A DNA stretch of 62,722 bases, counting the filler. It is 10 parts of 10 records of this genome, joined end to end, with 100 filler letters (N's around TTAATTAATTAA, not from the genome) between each part and the next. Parts side by side here need not be neighbours in the genome. Positions count along the whole stretch, not along the records: positions 29,327 to 35,321 come from SRR31156797_132867; positions 35,422 to 41,679 come from SRR31156797_132897; 8 more parts are not named here. One strand, given 5' to 3'. The stretch's first letter is position 1; every line of letters begins with the position of its first letter. The notes beneath the pieces are model-generated. The model saw only the letters and a list, made by a program, of their open reading frames with translations, was not told where the DNA came from and did not search any database. This document shows, one piece after another, positions 30,558 to 40,116 of this stretch. A program made the position numbers and the translations under genes.

Positions 30558-32081
30558 CTAATTGTTATCAGCCTGACCGTGAAGTTTTTTAAGCAGAAAT
30601 TTTTGTATTTTGCCTGATGCAGGCGTGCGCGGAAGTTCATCAATAACGGTCATGTACTTGGGTTGTTTAAATTTTCCCAGGCGTCCGGCCAGAAATTCCT
30701 TCAATTCTTCAAAAGTTAATGAAGCGCCCGACCTGAGTTCCACAACTGCCTTGCAGACTTCCCCCCACTTGGGATCCGGAACCCCGATCACGGCCGCGCC
30801 CAACACGTCCGGATGTCCGGCGATGACCTGTTCGATTTCGGCCGGATAAATATTTGCGCCGCCGGAAATGATCATGTCTTTTAGACGCCCGGAGATGGAA
30901 TAGTGACCGTCTTCATCCATGCGGCCCAGATCGCCGGTATGAAACCAGCCGTCTCTAATAGCCTTGGCCGTCTCTTCCGGCTTATTCCAGTAACCGGCCA
31001 GCATGTGCCGCCCGCGTAAAAGGATTTCGCCCTCTTCCCCTTTTTTCACCTCCAGGCCGTCAATGTCTACAAGTCTCACATCAACGCCGGGCATGGCATG
31101 CCCGATTGTTCCAGGCTTGCCGTTGGCCATGAAATTATTGGGGCCGACTTCGGTCAGGCCGTATCCTTCCCAAATATGCGCATCTTTTCGCTGTTTGTAC
31201 GCCTCGAAAATATGCCCGCCAAGCGGGGCGCCGCCGGAAACAAGAAACCTGACCGAGGAAAAATCCACGGAATCAAACCTGGGGGAGTCGAGCATCATCT
31301 GGTACATGGTGGGCACGCCAAAGAAAATCGTGATCTTTTCCTTTTCTATAAGGTCAAGCACCAGGTCCGGCTCAAAGCCTTGTATCAGAACATTGGTTGC
31401 ACTGCACTGGAACAAGGGCAGGGTAAAAACGTTCCAACCCGCTGTATAGAACATGGCCGCGTGGAGTATGGTGCGGTCGCTGGCGCAAAGATCCCAGCCC
31501 AGGTTCGTGTTTACGGAATTGGCTTCAATCATCCCATGGCTGAGAATCACGCCCTTGGGCAGCCCGGTTGTTCCTGATGTGTAAATAATCAGCTGCGGGT
31601 CTTCCTCGCCAATATCCACTTCGGCCGGGGGGGCCGCAGACAGTTTTTCCCAAAGGGAAGGCAAAGAAATACCTGCGTCATCATTATTGTCAAAACAGAC
31701 CGTATGCCCGGTTTCCAATTTTGCTTTCAGTTGTTCGACAATCGGCTGATGCTCACGATCAAAGAAAAAGGCCGCGGGACCGGCGTCTTTGAGATAGTAA
31801 ATGAATTCATCCAGGGCCAGCCGGAAATTGAGAGGAACCAGTATGGCGCCCAGGCGACTCAGAGCGAAAAACAGGGTTATATATTCGGCCCGATTAAAAG
31901 ATAGGCAGCAGACCCTGTCGCCTTTTTTTACTTCAAGATTATCGGATAGAAAATTGGCCAGTCGATTGATGTCCGCGGCCAGTTCGCCGTAAGTGCGCCT
32001 ACATCCGGTTATGGCGTCCACCAGGGCTTCCCGGTCGGGACAAGCCCTGCCCCATCGGCCTATCCAGTCGCCATGGATCAT
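30558..32081 (-). CDS. Acyl-CoA synthetase (AMP-binding, FadD/MenE-like)
   Basis: YTSGTTGLPKG, EGYGLTE, WFHTGD, GR.KDMIISGG.NIYPAEIE and SGKIQK motifs. Confidence 0.95.
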   Translation of the reverse strand: MIHGDWIGRWGRACPDREALVDAITGCRRTYGELAADINRLANFLSDNLEVKKGDRVCCLSFNRAEYITLFFALSRLGAILVPLNFRLALDEFIYYLKDAGPAAFFFDREHQPIVEQLKAKLETGHTVCFDNNDDAGISLPSLWEKLSAAPPAEVDIGEEDPQLIIYTSGTTGLPKGVILSHGMIEANSVNTNLGWDLCASDRTILHAAMFYTAGWNVFTLPLFQCSATNVLIQGFEPDLVLDLIEKEKITIFFGVPTMYQMMLDSPRFDSVDFSSVRFLVSGGAPLGGHIFEAYKQRKDAHIWEGYGLTEVGPNNFMANGKPGTIGHAMPGVDVRLVDIDGLEVKKGEEGEILLRGRHMLAGYWNKPEETAKAIRDGWFHTGDLGRMDEDGHYSISGRLKDMIISGGANIYPAEIEQVIAGHPDVLGAAVIGVPDPKWGEVCKAVVELRSGASLTFEELKEFLAGRLGKFKQPKYMTVIDELPRTPASGKIQKFLLKKLHGQADNN

Positions 32082-33121
32082 TACGCGGCCTCCTCTCGCA
32101 CTTTCCCCCATCTCATGGTCAGGGCGTCCCAGGCATAACCTATGCCGGCCGATATCATCAAAACCAGGTCGCCGTCTTTTAAACGGCCTTCTTCCATGCC
32201 CAGTTCAAGGGACAATATCTGGTCGTTCTGGCCGTGGTGGCCGAATTCCGCCAGGTACCTGGTTTGTTCCGGTTCCAGGCCGAGTTGGTTCATGAGGTAA
32301 TCGTGGGCGCTTCTTTTGACCAGGAGAGTTGCCAGGTAGTCGACATCGGATCTTTTGTGGCCGGTTTTGGCCAGGGCCTTGTCTATGCAGATCAGCCAAT
32401 TTGAGAGGCTGAGCTTTTCAAGGCGATCCTTCATGCCGACCGGGTCCATGACGTCAAGGTATTGCCGGTTGTTTTCCAGACCTTCTACCGACATTGGCTT
32501 GGCCGACCCGCCTTCGGGAACGTACACATCCCAGGCAAAAGAACCGTCGCTCATGATTTGTCCGGCCATGATCTCGTTTTTATGACAATTTCTCTGAACA
32601 ATACAGGCGGCGCCGCCGGCGGCCAGGTAGAACATCCAGCGCACCCGGTTGTTTCCATAGTGAATGAGGTCCGAATTCCGGTACCCGGTCACAATGAGCA
32701 CATTCTTCAAATCCGGGTCGGCCCGGATCATATCCTTGGCCAGTTTAAGGGCGACCAGGGTTGTTCCGCATCTTTGCTGCATGTCGAAAGACCAGGCGTT
32801 TTTCAGTTTAAGTTCTTTTTGAATTTTCGGGCCGACCGGCCAGTTCCGGTATTCCTTGACTTCTTCTCCACTCCAGATAACCAGGTCGATATCATCCGGT
32901 TCAAGGCCGGAATTATACAGGGCTTTACGCGCGGCTTTAATACCCATGGCCACGCAGCCATCGCCGGGGCCGGGAACGTTTTTCTGACGCCAACCAAGTT
33001 TCGTTCTGATGATATCCGCCGGGGTGTCGCTTTTTGAGGCTATGTAGTCGGCGTCGTGGTAGGACCGTGGGATATATGTGGCCAGGCTGAGAATGCCGGC
33101 CCGGGCTTTAGTCGTGGACAT
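32081..33121 (-). CDS. FabH/KAS III-like 3-oxoacyl synthase with catalytic Cys
   Basis: WSGEE.K, SFDMQQRCG, GGAAC, KRSAH, FGHHGQND and SAGIGY motifs. Confidence 0.85.
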   Translation of the reverse strand: MSTTKARAGILSLATYIPRSYHDADYIASKSDTPADIIRTKLGWRQKNVPGPGDGCVAMGIKAARKALYNSGLEPDDIDLVIWSGEEVKEYRNWPVGPKIQKELKLKNAWSFDMQQRCGTTLVALKLAKDMIRADPDLKNVLIVTGYRNSDLIHYGNNRVRWMFYLAAGGAACIVQRNCHKNEIMAGQIMSDGSFAWDVYVPEGGSAKPMSVEGLENNRQYLDVMDPVGMKDRLEKLSLSNWLICIDKALAKTGHKRSDVDYLATLLVKRSAHDYLMNQLGLEPEQTRYLAEFGHHGQNDQILSLELGMEEGRLKDGDLVLMISAGIGYAWDALTMRWGKVREEAA

Positions 33122-33122
33122 A

Positions 33123-34235
33123 TTAATGCGCTCCTTTACCGGCGGCTTTCCGGCGCTTTATCAGGTCGCGGGCCGTGCCCACGAATCCCTTGGGAAAAAA
33201 GAAAACCACCAGGACAAAAAGTATGCCGAAATACAGGATCCACCTTTCCGATAGACGATGGATCAATGTGTTGTCGGGAAAAATTGCTATAGCCGCTTTT
33301 TGCAGTTCGGGCAGCCATGACTCGGCGATTTGAAGGAAAGCGGCCCCGATTATGGCCCCGTACAGGGTGCCGAGTCCGCCGATAATAACCATGAGCAGAA
33401 TATTGAGCATCAGGGCCGTGCTCATGACGGATTCCGGATTAATGTATCTCAACCACATGGCAAACAGGATTCCGGCCAGGGAAGCCATGGCCGAACTGAA
33501 AACTATGGAAAACGTCTGGTACCTGAATGTAAGGAAACCCAGGGCGATGGATCGCTGCTCGTTTTCCCTGATGCTTTCCAGGACGCGGCCCACAGGCGAA
33601 CGGACAAAGCGCAGGATGCCTATGAATATCAAAACGGCGGCGGCCAGGATTATGTAATATGTGACCAGCCGACCGTCGATTTGGATTCCGCCGATGCTTC
33701 CTCCGGACCAGCCCACGCCGAGTATTCCCGGGAGCTTGAATGAGACGCCGTCCTCGGCCAGGGTCAGGTCGTACCACTGTATGGCCAGTATGTGAGCGAA
33801 TTCGGCCAGGGCCAGGGTCATCATGGCAAAGAAAATTGCTTTTACCCTGAGGGAGAAAAACGCGATGATCGTTGCCAGAATAATGCTTAACGTAATAGCC
33901 GCGACCGCGGCCAGTATAAGGTGATAGTAAGCGGGCGCCCCGGAATGGTGTATAACCAGGCCGAGTGAATAGGCGCCGATTCCGAAAAACATGGCGTGTC
34001 CAAGTGAAAGTTGCCCGGTGTAGCCTAGAATAAGATCAAAGGAAGCCGTGAGCACGGCAAAGATAATGATCTTGGCCATGACGTCCATAACGCGAAAAGA
34101 AGGCACTACCAGCGGAACAATCGCCAACGCGGCCAGCAGCACGAGTTGCGCGATAAAAGTAGGCCTGGTGAAGCGGATTCTTTTTTCTTCAGCTCTTTCC
34201 AATTGAACAGGAGTCATTTCCGTCATTTTTTCCAC
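33123..34235 (-). CDS. Branched-chain-amino-acid-type ABC transporter permease (LivM-like)
   Basis: GYTGQLSLGHAMFFGIGAY, SPVGR.L.SIRENE and GGLGTLYG motifs. Confidence 0.92.
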   Translation of the reverse strand: MEKMTEMTPVQLERAEEKRIRFTRPTFIAQLVLLAALAIVPLVVPSFRVMDVMAKIIIFAVLTASFDLILGYTGQLSLGHAMFFGIGAYSLGLVIHHSGAPAYYHLILAAVAAITLSIILATIIAFFSLRVKAIFFAMMTLALAEFAHILAIQWYDLTLAEDGVSFKLPGILGVGWSGGSIGGIQIDGRLVTYYIILAAAVLIFIGILRFVRSPVGRVLESIRENEQRSIALGFLTFRYQTFSIVFSSAMASLAGILFAMWLRYINPESVMSTALMLNILLMVIIGGLGTLYGAIIGAAFLQIAESWLPELQKAAIAIFPDNTLIHRLSERWILYFGILFVLVVFFFPKGFVGTARDLIKRRKAAGKGAH

Positions 34236-34242
34236 CCCCGAT

Positions 34243-35229
34243 TTAATCCTGGCCGAAGAGTCCGGTAGGCCTGAGTAATAATATGATGGCCATTATCATT
34301 ATGTTGACCCCCAGGGCCAGCTTGGGAATGAGGAAGGCGACATAGTTGAAAGCCAGGCCGACCATGATGGCGCCGAGGAAGCTTCCGGTGACTGAGCCGA
34401 GTCCTCCGATAATGACGATGATAAGGGCGAAGATAAGGTTTTCTTCTCCCATACCTGGATGTATCTGTTCCTTGAATATGGACCACATGGCCCCGCCCAT
34501 GGCGGCCAGGGCCGCGCCCGCGGCGAACACCCCGGTGAAAATGCGGTGAATGTTGTATCCCAGGGCCTGGACGACTTCCCTGTTTTCCACGCCCGCGCGG
34601 ACGATAATGCCGAGCTTGGTTCTTTTAAGAACCAGTTGTATGCTGAAGTAAACCGCCAGTCCGATAATTATGGCCATCCCACGGAACTTATTGACGATAA
34701 CGTCAAAAATGTCCCAGGAGCCCATGAAAGCGGCCGGAACAAGGGTGACTTCATCGTTCGGGCCCCAAAATATTCTTATTAGTTCCGCCATTATCAACGA
34801 TGCGCCCATGGTAATTAGTATCTGCTTCAGGTGGTTGCCATAGACTTTCCGGATGATGATTCTTTCCAAGATGACGCCCATTACGGCGCCGACAACCAGG
34901 GCGGCGACCAAAACCAGGAGCAGGCTGCCGATGCTCTGGCCGACCGTGCCCGTTTCCACCCAGCCCAACCGGTTCAAGGCATGAAGGATGGAGAAGCCGA
35001 CGTATGCTCCCCAGGCGAAAAAAGCGCCGTGGGCCAGGTTGAGAACGTCCATCAGGCCGAAGATGAGCGTCAACCCGGAAGCTGTTAAGAAGAGCAGCAT
35101 TCCCATGGTGAAGCCGGCCACGGTGAGGACGAGATAAGTTGTGAAATCGATCCAGATCAACGGTATAAACCAAATGCCTATGCCAATGATCCAAGCGGCT
35201 TTCTTTTTTAAGCTTGAATTCATTTCCAT
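34243..35229 (-). CDS. Branched-chain-amino-acid-type ABC transporter permease (LivH-like)
   Basis: GLTLIFGLMDVLNLAHG, T.LG..VRA and IIGGLGS..G motifs. Confidence 0.92.
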   Translation of the reverse strand: MEMNSSLKKKAAWIIGIGIWFIPLIWIDFTTYLVLTVAGFTMGMLLFLTASGLTLIFGLMDVLNLAHGAFFAWGAYVGFSILHALNRLGWVETGTVGQSIGSLLLVLVAALVVGAVMGVILERIIIRKVYGNHLKQILITMGASLIMAELIRIFWGPNDEVTLVPAAFMGSWDIFDVIVNKFRGMAIIIGLAVYFSIQLVLKRTKLGIIVRAGVENREVVQALGYNIHRIFTGVFAAGAALAAMGGAMWSIFKEQIHPGMGEENLIFALIIVIIGGLGSVTGSFLGAIMVGLAFNYVAFLIPKLALGVNIMIMAIILLLRPTGLFGQD

Positions 35230-35278
35230 GCTTTTGCGGCGCTCCCGAGTTTAAATTTCGATGTTGAAAAATATTTCA

Positions 35279-35321
35279 TCAGGCTATGCCCAGGTATTTT
35301 TGCTTGAGTTCCTGATCTTCG
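35279..35321 (-). CDS. C-terminal tail of a LivF-like ABC ATPase (fragment)
   Basis: EDQELKQKYLGIA* is typical of LivF ends and lies upstream of the livH-like gene. Confidence 0.55.
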
Positions 35322-35421
35322 NNNNNNNNNNNNNNNNNNNNNNNNNNNNNNNNNNNNNNNNNNNNTTAATTAATTAANNNNNNNNNNNNNNNNNNNNNNN
35401 NNNNNNNNNNNNNNNNNNNNN
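35322..35421. other. Artificial contig spacer
   Basis: N44-TTAATTAATTAA-N44. Confidence 0.99.
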
Positions 35422-35716
35422 GCGCGGTGAACATCTCTCCGTGGCATCCGCGACTGTAGGGCGCTTCCCTGGCCACCATATGGGCCGCCACTCTGGCGAT
35501 CTCGCCGCGAAAGCACCCTCCTTCGCAGGAAATGACGGGGAGCTTTCCGTCGGCGATCATCTTGTCCCCGACGACCTCACCCAGGGGACATACGGCTTTC
35601 ATGCCCTCTACCTCTATGGAAAATGTGTGTCTTGCCTTGTTGCTATGGGCGTTCCCTTTGCCGTCCGTGCCGCCGTCGGCAGCATTTCTCTTGTCAGTGT
35701 TCCTTTCGCCAGACAT
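35422..35716 (-). CDS. Putative zinc-binding (DGC-domain-like) protein, 3'-truncated
   Basis: VCPLGE, PVISCEGGC.RGEIAR.AA and RGCH; AGGAG RBS. Confidence 0.7.
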
Positions 35717-36014
35717 CGTCTTCTCCTTGCTTCTGAGGTTCACTTTCGTTGACCGACACAGGCTTTCGTGCCGAGATCATTTCCAAAAGATTCCGTTGCG
35801 TTTCCGACCATCTAGACGATGGCAGGTTCTGGTTGGATACACTTCAGCAGTCTTTTCCTCAGACAATTCGTGCGTGGTTTGAAAAACGAGCTGGAATGCG
35901 AGAAGTTGAGAGAACCACGATATCATGTCGGGTAGGATGGCCGGTTTCAAGAAACGAGCGAATTGGTGCGAAAGAAGATGAACCGCCGGCCGGGGCCGAA
36001 CGCCTAAGAGGGTA

Positions 36015-36542
36015 ATGACGGACAGAATCGCACATCTCCAGAACCAGTTGTTGGTCATGGACGCCCAGGAGGGCAGCCGGGTGGCTCTGGAAGAGCTGGT
36101 GCGGCGTTGGTACGGCAAGCTCTGGCAACATGCCCGGCGGCTCACCTCCGATCCGCAGGCGGCCTGGGATATCACGCAAAAGAGCTGGTACGACATCATT
36201 AAAGGACTGCGCCGGCTCGAGGACCCGGCCCGCTTTGCGGCCTGGGCCTACCAGATCACCACGCATCGGGCGATGGACTGGGGGCGCAGCCAGCGGCGTC
36301 AGCAGCACAGCTCCCTGCCGGCGCTCGAATCACCCTGCGACCACGAAGACGACAGCGCGGAGGTGCGCGAGGCCTTGCTGCAACTGAAAGAGAGCAGTCG
36401 AATCGTGCTGACCCTCTATTACTGGGAGCATCTGACCGTCGCAGAGATCAGCATCGCTTTGGAGATCCCGGCCGGTACCGTCAAGTCCCGTCTGTACCAA
36501 GCACGCCAAGAACTCAAGTCCCTGTGGGATGGCACACCCTAA
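36015..36542 (+). CDS. ECF sigma factor
   Basis: Region 2 (A.DITQ.SW...GLRRL.DP.RF.AW.YQI) and region 4 (LYYWE.LT.AEI...L.IP.GTVKSRL). Confidence 0.93.
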   Translation: MTDRIAHLQNQLLVMDAQEGSRVALEELVRRWYGKLWQHARRLTSDPQAAWDITQKSWYDIIKGLRRLEDPARFAAWAYQITTHRAMDWGRSQRRQQHSSLPALESPCDHEDDSAEVREALLQLKESSRIVLTLYYWEHLTVAEISIALEIPAGTVKSRLYQARQELKSLWDGTP

Positions 36543-36559
36543 AATGGAAAGGCAGAACC

Positions 36560-36931
36560 ATGGATAAGAACCAGATGAACCAGATCCTCAATCAGCCCCT
36601 GGACGCCGAACACATCCGCGAAGGCACCTACGTCTCGTTCATTACCGACTTCTACACCCGCAACAACAGCGCCATGATCTGGTGGGTATGGAGCACGGCC
36701 CTCTTCTTTGTTGGCGTCATGGTCGTTAGCGCCGTTCTGTTCTTCCTGACCAGCAGCACCCAGTACCACGTCATGTACGCCGCCCTCTTCCTCACCAGCG
36801 TACAGGTCATCGTCCTGACGAAAGTCGTGTACTTCCTGTGCGTGATGCGTCACCGTACCATACGAGATCTGAAACGCCTGGAACTCGGCATGGCCGAGAT
36901 GAATGAAACCCTCAAGGCCGAGCAGAAGTGA
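36560..36931 (+). CDS. Two-TM membrane protein, probable anti-sigma factor
   Basis: Directly downstream of the ECF sigma; two TM segments and a C-terminal RDLKRLEL motif. Confidence 0.75.
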   Translation: MDKNQMNQILNQPLDAEHIREGTYVSFITDFYTRNNSAMIWWVWSTALFFVGVMVVSAVLFFLTSSTQYHVMYAALFLTSVQVIVLTKVVYFLCVMRHRTIRDLKRLELGMAEMNETLKAEQK

Positions 36932-36968
36932 ATTCCGGCAGAGGGGACTGAAGCGGCGCAGACGCCGG

Positions 36969-37805
36969 TCAATCGGCGCGAGCGGTGAGGGCGCGGTAGG
37001 CGGCGGCGAGAGCGAAGACGGCGGTGCTGGCCAAGACGATGCAGGCGCCGGTGGGGAGATTGGCGTAGTAGGAGACGGCGAAGCCACCGACGGCGCTGAG
37101 GGCGCCGAAGAGAGTGGAGACGCAAACGACGGCGCGATGGCCTCGGCAGATTTGGTAGGCGGCGGCGGCCGGGTTGGTGATCAGGCTGAAGATCATCAGG
37201 CCCCCGACTAAGGGGAGATTGACCGCGAGGATGATCCCGCACAATCCCAGAAACAGGGCATAGACAAAGGTCTCGTGGACGCCTGTAGCCGAGGCGATGG
37301 TCCGGCTGAACAACAGCACCTTCAACTCCTTGTTGAAAAACGTCACAAAGACGACCAGTGCCAAGGCCGCGACGCCGATGACCACGACGCTTTCGGGGCG
37401 TACGAAGAGGATACTGCCCCACAGCAATCCGAGGATCTCGGTCCGGCTGTCCTGCGTCAGACCGATCCCCAGAAACGTCAGACCCAGCATCAGCGAGAAC
37501 AGAATGCCCAGCGCCACATTGGGATCGAGACGGGACCGGCCCGGGCGGATACCGGCCAGAGACATCGCAGTGACACTCGAGACCAGCACGGGCCCGACCG
37601 TCGGGTTCAGGCCAAACAGATAGGCAAAGATCGTGCCGGCCATCGCCGTGTGCGAGATGAAGACACCGATGAAGGGCATGCGCAGCGCCACGATATAGAC
37701 GCCCAGCAGGCCGCAACTGGCCCCGGCAATAGCGCCGGCCACGATCACCGTGTAGAAAAACGGATCGATTCCGAACGGACTGACCTGGCTCAAGACAAAG
37801 CTCAT
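36969..37805 (-). CDS. Metal ABC transporter permease (ZnuB/MntB-like)
   Basis: GLLGVYIV, SHTAMAG, LLWGSIL and VGGLMI.SLI.NPAAAA motifs. Confidence 0.92.
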   Translation of the reverse strand: MSFVLSQVSPFGIDPFFYTVIVAGAIAGASCGLLGVYIVALRMPFIGVFISHTAMAGTIFAYLFGLNPTVGPVLVSSVTAMSLAGIRPGRSRLDPNVALGILFSLMLGLTFLGIGLTQDSRTEILGLLWGSILFVRPESVVVIGVAALALVVFVTFFNKELKVLLFSRTIASATGVHETFVYALFLGLCGIILAVNLPLVGGLMIFSLITNPAAAAYQICRGHRAVVCVSTLFGALSAVGGFAVSYYANLPTGACIVLASTAVFALAAAYRALTARAD

Positions 37806-38608
37806 CGATCCACCTCACTCGCAACGTTCACAGTATAGCGGCGCCCCTCGGCCACCACAATCCGGAACGCGCCGTCGTAAGCCCGGCCGAGCTGTTCGGG
37901 CGAGAGGATTGCATCGGGCGCGCCATCGGCAACGATCCGCCCTTCGCGCAGCAGGACAATGCGGCTGCACGCCGGTGGCAAAACACCCGTCTCGTGCGAA
38001 ACCATCAAGACAGTGACATTTGTCTGGCGATAGAGCCGCTCGACAATCTCGGAGATCTGGTGCTTCCAGTTGAAATCGAGATTGGCACAGGGCTCATCCA
38101 GCATGAGGATCTCGGGCTCCTGGGCCATGGCCCGCGCGATGAGCACCTTCTGCTGCTCTCCGCCGGAGAGGCTGCGAAAGGTCTGGTTGCCGCGCTCAGC
38201 GAGCCCGAGTCTGTCGATCCAGCGCTCGACAATCACGTCGTCCTCGCGGTCCAGGCGGGCCAGTAGCGGTTTGAGACTGGTCCGGCCCATGGCGACGACT
38301 TCACGCACCGTGAAGGGCAGGTCAGCGTTGTACTCGGCCGACTGCGGGATATAGCCCATGCGCTTGCGGAGCCTGCACTTGGCCCAGGGGCCCAGCCGCA
38401 TCAGATCGACATCATCGATCCGCACGGCCCCCTGCGCCGGCTTGATCAGTCCCGCGCAGGTCTTGAGCAGCGTGGTCTTACCGGCGCCGTTGGTGCCGAT
38501 GACCCCGACGAAGGCTCCGGCGGGAATCTGCAAATCGTCGATCTGCAAGATCGTGCGGCCGCCCCGCCGCACGCTAACGTGGGAAAGACTCAGAGAACCG
38601 CCCGTCAT
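37802..38608 (-). CDS. Metal ABC transporter ATP-binding protein (ZnuC/MntA-like)
   Basis: GTNGAGKT, GYIPQ, LSGGEQQK, LDEP and VSHE motifs. Confidence 0.94.
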   Translation of the reverse strand: MTGGSLSLSHVSVRRGGRTILQIDDLQIPAGAFVGVIGTNGAGKTTLLKTCAGLIKPAQGAVRIDDVDLMRLGPWAKCRLRKRMGYIPQSAEYNADLPFTVREVVAMGRTSLKPLLARLDREDDVIVERWIDRLGLAERGNQTFRSLSGGEQQKVLIARAMAQEPEILMLDEPCANLDFNWKHQISEIVERLYRQTNVTVLMVSHETGVLPPACSRIVLLREGRIVADGAPDAILSPEQLGRAYDGAFRIVVAEGRRYTVNVASEVDR

Positions 38609-39444
38609 TTCGCGGCCGCCGCGAGCAGACACTCGACATTGTCGCGCAGCAACCGGTCGAATCCAGGGCCGTCCGCCACCAGAGATGGAAAATTGCTGAA
38701 GACGACCGCCCGCGCCTTGAGCCGCTCGGCCAGAGCCTGGGCCAGGGCCGTGCCCTCCTGCTGATTGGCGATCACGAAACGAACCTCCCGGCCGGCCGCC
38801 TGTTTGAGACAGTGATCGATGTGTCCGACCGTCTCGGTGTCACTGCCGACAAATGTCGCGACGGTCTCCAGCCCCAACCATTGTGCGAACTCCGCCTGGT
38901 GATGCGAGGTCAGCACCGGCGCCGAGGCCGAACCGGAATCTGCCACGGCCGAACGCAACTCGCCGCTCAGCGTCGCGAGCCGCTGCTCGATCTCCTTCAG
39001 GCGCAGGGCCAGCGCATCCGCCCTTTCCGGATCCGCATCCGTCAGGACCGTCGCGACCTCCCGGCACGCGTCCAGATAGGAATCGGGCACGCACAGCCCG
39101 GTGGGGCCTTTGATACGGTGTGTTTGGAGTCCCCTGTCCTTCAGCCGCGACAGCGTCGACTCGACCTGCGCCTGAAAATCGAAGAGCAGCAGCATGCGGC
39201 AGCGCTGCAACCGCGTGACCTGGGCGGGCGCGATATCGAAATGACCCGGACACATCCCAGGCGGCGCCAGACACATCACTCTTGTCTGGCCACCGCAGAG
39301 ATCCCTCACCACGGATTCCAGATAGGAATTCGTAACGGCAACGTCGGGCGCCTCTTCCTCTACAGAGCCATCACGGCAGCCGGAAGCCAGTAGACCTGGA
39401 ATCAGGCATAGTAAGAGTACGCCGCTGCTGAAAAAAGTTCTCAT
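38605..39444 (-). CDS. Metal ABC substrate-binding lipoprotein (ZnuA/TroA-like, atypical ligands)
   Basis: Lipobox LASGC; VAVTNSYL, PPGMCPGHFD and SHHQAEF. Confidence 0.85.
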   Translation of the reverse strand: MRTFFSSGVLLLCLIPGLLASGCRDGSVEEEAPDVAVTNSYLESVVRDLCGGQTRVMCLAPPGMCPGHFDIAPAQVTRLQRCRMLLLFDFQAQVESTLSRLKDRGLQTHRIKGPTGLCVPDSYLDACREVATVLTDADPERADALALRLKEIEQRLATLSGELRSAVADSGSASAPVLTSHHQAEFAQWLGLETVATFVGSDTETVGHIDHCLKQAAGREVRFVIANQQEGTALAQALAERLKARAVVFSNFPSLVADGPGFDRLLRDNVECLLAAAAK

Positions 39445-39450
39445 AGACCT

Positions 39451-40089
39451 CTAGTTTTCGAAGGAACCGATTTGATTTCCATTGCGCAGCCGCAGCCGCG
39501 TGACAATACCGTCGCCCGTCTGCGGGTCGAACCAGGTCGCGCGCGGAATGGGATACTGAAGCTCGCGCATGCGGGCGTCATCAAAATCGGGGCCCTGGCT
39601 ATAGAGGACCCAACTGACGGGGGATGCGTCCGCACTGCTGTAGGTCTGGCCGTCTTCCTGCTCGTTATCCGCAAACCCATCCGGCACCCAGAGATACGCC
39701 CCGCCTTCGACAACGAACGTCCGGTTGTAGATCAACGTGCCCACCGACCGGTACTTGTACGTGTAACCCCGATTGAAGCGGTCCTCGACGCCCGCCGACA
39801 GGAACGTCTCACTCGACGCGGCCGGTAGATAGCCCGCTTCGGTCAACTCGGGCGGAAGCTGGTAGTAATGCTCGCCCAGCATGCAGTCGACGCGCGTGGG
39901 CGGATAGGCGCTGTCGTGATCGAACGAATACGCCTCCAGCGCCAGCGCGATGTCGCGCAATTCCGCATTAACCGTGAGGACTTTCGCCTGGAGACGAGCC
40001 CGCCCCGTCACGGGCAGCAGCATGCCCAGGAGCAGCGTGATGATCGCGACCACAACCATCACTTCAATCAAGGTAAAGGCCCGTCTCAC
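39451..40089 (-). CDS. Prepilin-type N-terminal cleavage/methylation domain protein
   Basis: MRRA-FTLIEVMVVVAIITLLLGMLLP class III signal with Glu+5; ALEAY..D...YP and LYS.GPD motifs. Confidence 0.9.
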   Translation of the reverse strand: MRRAFTLIEVMVVVAIITLLLGMLLPVTGRARLQAKVLTVNAELRDIALALEAYSFDHDSAYPPTRVDCMLGEHYYQLPPELTEAGYLPAASSETFLSAGVEDRFNRGYTYKYRSVGTLIYNRTFVVEGGAYLWVPDGFADNEQEDGQTYSSADASPVSWVLYSQGPDFDDARMRELQYPIPRATWFDPQTGDGIVTRLRLRNGNQIGSFEN

Positions 40090-40116
40090 AGTGTCACTTC
40101 CCTTCGTCAGGTCCGG

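Noticed and set aside
35749-36014. Possible remnant of a regulator gene upstream of the DGC-like gene (LRKRLLKCIQPEPAIV*)
   Set aside because: Too short, with no start codon or HTH motif to support a pseudogene call
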